From: Bacteroidales bacterium
GTDB taxonomy: Bacteria > Bacteroidota > Bacteroidia > Bacteroidales > UBA12481
Assembly (NCBI GenBank): GCA_041662065.1
Contig: JBAZTE010000007.1
Span: forward strand, 134,466 to 198,465
Length of the DNA: 64,000 nucleotides
Direction: 5' to 3'
Below, one piece after another: positions 61,361-64,000 of the stretch; positions within the stretch are counted from its first letter, which is position 1, and each line of letters begins with the position of its first letter. Made by a program: the position numbers and the translations under genes. Below the pieces are notes generated by a model, which was given only the letters and a program-made list of their open reading frames with translations, was not told the DNA's origin and searched no databases.

Positions 61361-62701
61361 TTATTTCTGAAACAGTTTGATTATGTCATTGCCGTTAGCG
61401 TACAGAACGAGGGCCAGCAAAAGCAACATTCCAACTATCTGGGCGACCTCCATAAACCGTTCGTTGGGTTTTTTCCCTGTAATGATTTCGAATACGAGAA
61501 AAAACACATGCCCGCCGTCGAGTGCCGGAATCGGCAGCACATTAAGCACCGCCAGCATGATCGACAGAAAAGCCGTCATGTTCCAGAATACCTGCCAGTT
61601 CCAGATTGAAGGGAAAATATTACCGATGGCAATAAACCCGCCCAGCGACTTGTATGCCCCTGTTTCAGGATTGAATATCATCTTCAGGTCCTTCAGATAG
61701 GAGGAGATGGTTGAGATCCCCTTTTTGACACCGGCCGGGAAGGCAGCAAAGAAACCGTACTTGATCTCTTTCAGTTCAAAGAAAGATTTCGGATCTGTCG
61801 GGAAAGCGCCGATTTTTCCATCCTGGGGTATCAGCATGGGAAAATCCAGTTTTTCCCCGTTACGGTCTACGTTGATGACCACCGAATCGCCTGCATGTTT
61901 CTTGATCTCCATAACGAAGAGATCGAAATAGGGAAGATCCTGTCCGTTGATCCCGATAATCCGGTCATCGATCTTCATTCCGGCATCCTTTGCGGGATAT
62001 CCGGGGCTGAAATCCCTGATCACAAAAGGAAAGGCAAAATAGATGAATTCCCTTTTACCCTTATATTTCTGGATAAACTCAATGTATTCGCTGACAAAAG
62101 TTACAGGTACGTTAATGTTGAGTGTTTGTCCTGCCCGGTCAACCTGAATGGATTTGGCTTTTTTGTATACAAGTTCAGGAATGATATCATGAAAATCTTC
62201 GACCACATGATTATCAATCGTCAGGATCTTATCGCCATGCTGGAGTCCCATGTTCAGGGCGAGGGAGTCGCAGATGATGCCGTATTTCAGGTTCTGGGTG
62301 GGCAGGTATTTCTCTCCCCAGGCCATCAGGATCATGGAGTAGATGATAAAGGCAAAAAGCACGTTGAAAAGCACGCCACCCAGCATGATCAGCAGTCGCT
62401 GGCCAGATGGTTTTGACCGGAATTCCCACGGCTGGGGCGGCAATTTCATGGCTTCCTTGTCCATGGATTCATCAATCATGCCGGCAATTTTAACATAACC
62501 GCCCAATGGCAGCCATCCGATGCCGTATTCGGTATCGCCCCGTTTCATTTTAAACAATGAAAACCAGGGGTTGAAGAATAGGTAAAATTTTTCTACCCTG
62601 GTCTTAAACAGACGGGCGAAAATAAAATGTCCGAACTCATGTATGATAACCAGTAACGACAGGCTCAGCAGGAGTTGGGAGGCTTTAATCAGGATATCCA
62701 T
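61361..62701 (-). CDS. rseP: RIP site-2 metalloprotease RseP
   Basis: 446 aa with the HEFGH zinc motif in TM1, PDZ domain(s) and a C-terminal LDGGH motif. Confidence 0.9.
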   Translation of the reverse strand: MDILIKASQLLLSLSLLVIIHEFGHFIFARLFKTRVEKFYLFFNPWFSLFKMKRGDTEYGIGWLPLGGYVKIAGMIDESMDKEAMKLPPQPWEFRSKPSGQRLLIMLGGVLFNVLFAFIIYSMILMAWGEKYLPTQNLKYGIICDSLALNMGLQHGDKILTIDNHVVEDFHDIIPELVYKKAKSIQVDRAGQTLNINVPVTFVSEYIEFIQKYKGKREFIYFAFPFVIRDFSPGYPAKDAGMKIDDRIIGINGQDLPYFDLFVMEIKKHAGDSVVINVDRNGEKLDFPMLIPQDGKIGAFPTDPKSFFELKEIKYGFFAAFPAGVKKGISTISSYLKDLKMIFNPETGAYKSLGGFIAIGNIFPSIWNWQVFWNMTAFLSIMLAVLNVLPIPALDGGHVFFLVFEIITGKKPNERFMEVAQIVGMLLLLALVLYANGNDIIKLFQK

Positions 62702-62713
62702 GGATCTTTCGTA

Positions 62714-63862
62714 TTATACAAGTGATTGTGCGATTGACCGGGCTTCCCGGTCAGATTCGATATAGTCGGATAAACCGGCAACGGTTAAAAATGTCGCCTT
62801 AAGTAATGTTTTTTCAATAATACGGGTCATGCCATAGAAATCTACCCGGTCGTGCAGAAAAGCATCCACCGCGATTTCATTGGCCGCATTCATGATACAG
62901 GGCATGGTCCCGCCTGCACGCATCACTTCCAGTGCGATAGCCAGGTTCGGGAATCTGACCGGGTCGGGCGCTTCGAAAGTCAGACATGGATAATCGGTAA
63001 AGCTGAATCTGGGAAAAAGACCGTTGAGCCTTTTCGGGAAGCTCATGGCATAAAGAATCGGCAGCCGCATATCCGGTAATCCCAGTTGAGCTTTCATCGA
63101 TCCGTCGCAGAACTGAACCAACGAATGGACGATGGATTGCGGGTGAACGATCACCTCGATCTGATCGGGCCGGAGATTAAACAACCAGCGTGCCTCGATC
63201 ACTTCAAGCCCCTTGTTCATCAGGCTGGCCGAATCGATGGTGATTTTGGCGCCCATTTTCCAGGTAGGGTGTTTGAGCGCCTCATGCCTGGTAACTGCGG
63301 CCAGTTCGGTAGCATTGAGGTTTCTGAACGGACCTCCGGATGCGGTGATATATACCTTTTCAACCTCGGCATGCTGCTCCCCCGTGAGGCACTGGAAAAT
63401 AGCCGAATGTTCCGAATCCACAGGTAAAAGATCCGCATGGTGTTCACGGGCAAGTCGGGTGATCAGCTCACCGGCCACCACCAGAGTCTCCTTATTGGCC
63501 AGGGCAATCTGCTTGCCTGATTTTATTGCATGTATCACGGGGATGAGTCCGGCAAATCCCACCATGGCGGCAAGAACCATATCCACACGGTCGCCGGTGA
63601 CCACTTCGTTCAGGGCTTTCTGACCACCCAGCACCTTTACCGGCAATCCCGAAAGAGCTTGCCTGACGGTGTCCAGATGTGTTTCATCGGTAATCACCAC
63701 ATAGGCAGGATTAAACCGGATGGCCTGTTCGATGAGCAGGTGGCAATTGGATCTTGCCGTCAGCACTTCCACGGCAAACTCAAGAGGATGATTGGCGACA
63801 ACCTCAAGCGTCTGCTTGCCGATGGAGCCGGTTGAACCCAGAATAGCGATCCGCTTCATCAT
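62714..63862 (-). CDS. dxr: 1-deoxy-D-xylulose-5-phosphate reductoisomerase
   Basis: 382 aa with GSTGSIG NADPH binding, and the LANKE and VDSEHSA motifs. Confidence 0.95.
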   Translation of the reverse strand: MMKRIAILGSTGSIGKQTLEVVANHPLEFAVEVLTARSNCHLLIEQAIRFNPAYVVITDETHLDTVRQALSGLPVKVLGGQKALNEVVTGDRVDMVLAAMVGFAGLIPVIHAIKSGKQIALANKETLVVAGELITRLAREHHADLLPVDSEHSAIFQCLTGEQHAEVEKVYITASGGPFRNLNATELAAVTRHEALKHPTWKMGAKITIDSASLMNKGLEVIEARWLFNLRPDQIEVIVHPQSIVHSLVQFCDGSMKAQLGLPDMRLPILYAMSFPKRLNGLFPRFSFTDYPCLTFEAPDPVRFPNLAIALEVMRAGGTMPCIMNAANEIAVDAFLHDRVDFYGMTRIIEKTLLKATFLTVAGLSDYIESDREARSIAQSLV

Positions 63863-64000
63863 TCAAAAGCTATAAAATGTTCAGGGTTGAGTGGCCGGCC
63901 CAGGTGCCACAATTCAAAATGAAGGTGGGGCCCGGTAGTCAATTCGCCGGTGTTTCCCACGGTGGCAATGACTTCACCGGCTTTCACGCGATCGCCGGCC
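63859..64000 (-). CDS. M23-family peptidase, C-terminal fragment (5' part outside the window)
   Basis: This is not in the ORF track. My manual minus-strand translation reads [46 protein letters not shown], which is the M23 His motif region. Its stop overlaps the dxr ATG (ATGA). Confidence 0.7.
   Translation of the reverse strand, partial: AGDRVKAGEVIATVGNTGELTTGPHLHFELWHLGRPLNPEHFIAFE

Overview
This 64 kb window looks like ordinary core chromosome from a Bacteroidota bacterium. Supporting signs are a fused lpxC/fabZ gene, the T9SS translocon gene sprA (2507 aa), two proteins with T9SS C-terminal sorting domains, TAnnTTTG -7 promoter boxes 20-45 nt upstream of many start codons, and few Shine-Dalgarno-like sequences. 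Coding density is high and nearly all genes are recognisable housekeeping genes: dprA (partial), gdhA, tatD, ansA, tRNA-Ser(GGA), exbB-exbD-exbD, tatA/tatC, leuS, an M23 peptidase, purN, acpP-fabF-rnc, a histidine kinase/OmpR-type regulator pair, lepA, groES-groEL, secG, lptE, a sensor-less sigma-54 activator, kdsB, queG, the full sufBCDSE-sufT operon, thiL, lpxD-lpxC/fabZ-lpxA, rimP-nusA-infB, gcvH, ruvA, pdxA, an M17 aminopeptidase, a futalosine-type radical SAM enzyme, rseP and dxr. I found no CRISPR array, transposase, integrase, prophage or recognisable defence or toxin island, and no convincing new protein-coding system. The features worth a second look are mostly non-coding. (1) The whole infB/gcvH intergenic region is a ~268 bp imperfect palindrome with AAGGCAG heptad repeats, and a terminator sits at its dyad. 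(2) A promoter plus intrinsic terminator lies just upstream of rimP-nusA-infB. (3) Three related hairpins follow gdhA. (4) Four 21-23 bp direct repeats lie upstream of the lepA promoter. (5) A palindrome overlaps the suf promoter. Coding oddities are a frameshift-split beta-helix T9SS cargo gene, a Trp-rich repeat T9SS cargo gene paired with an exported RidA, a Cys-rich tail on SufD, and repeated 3' overlaps of convergent genes.
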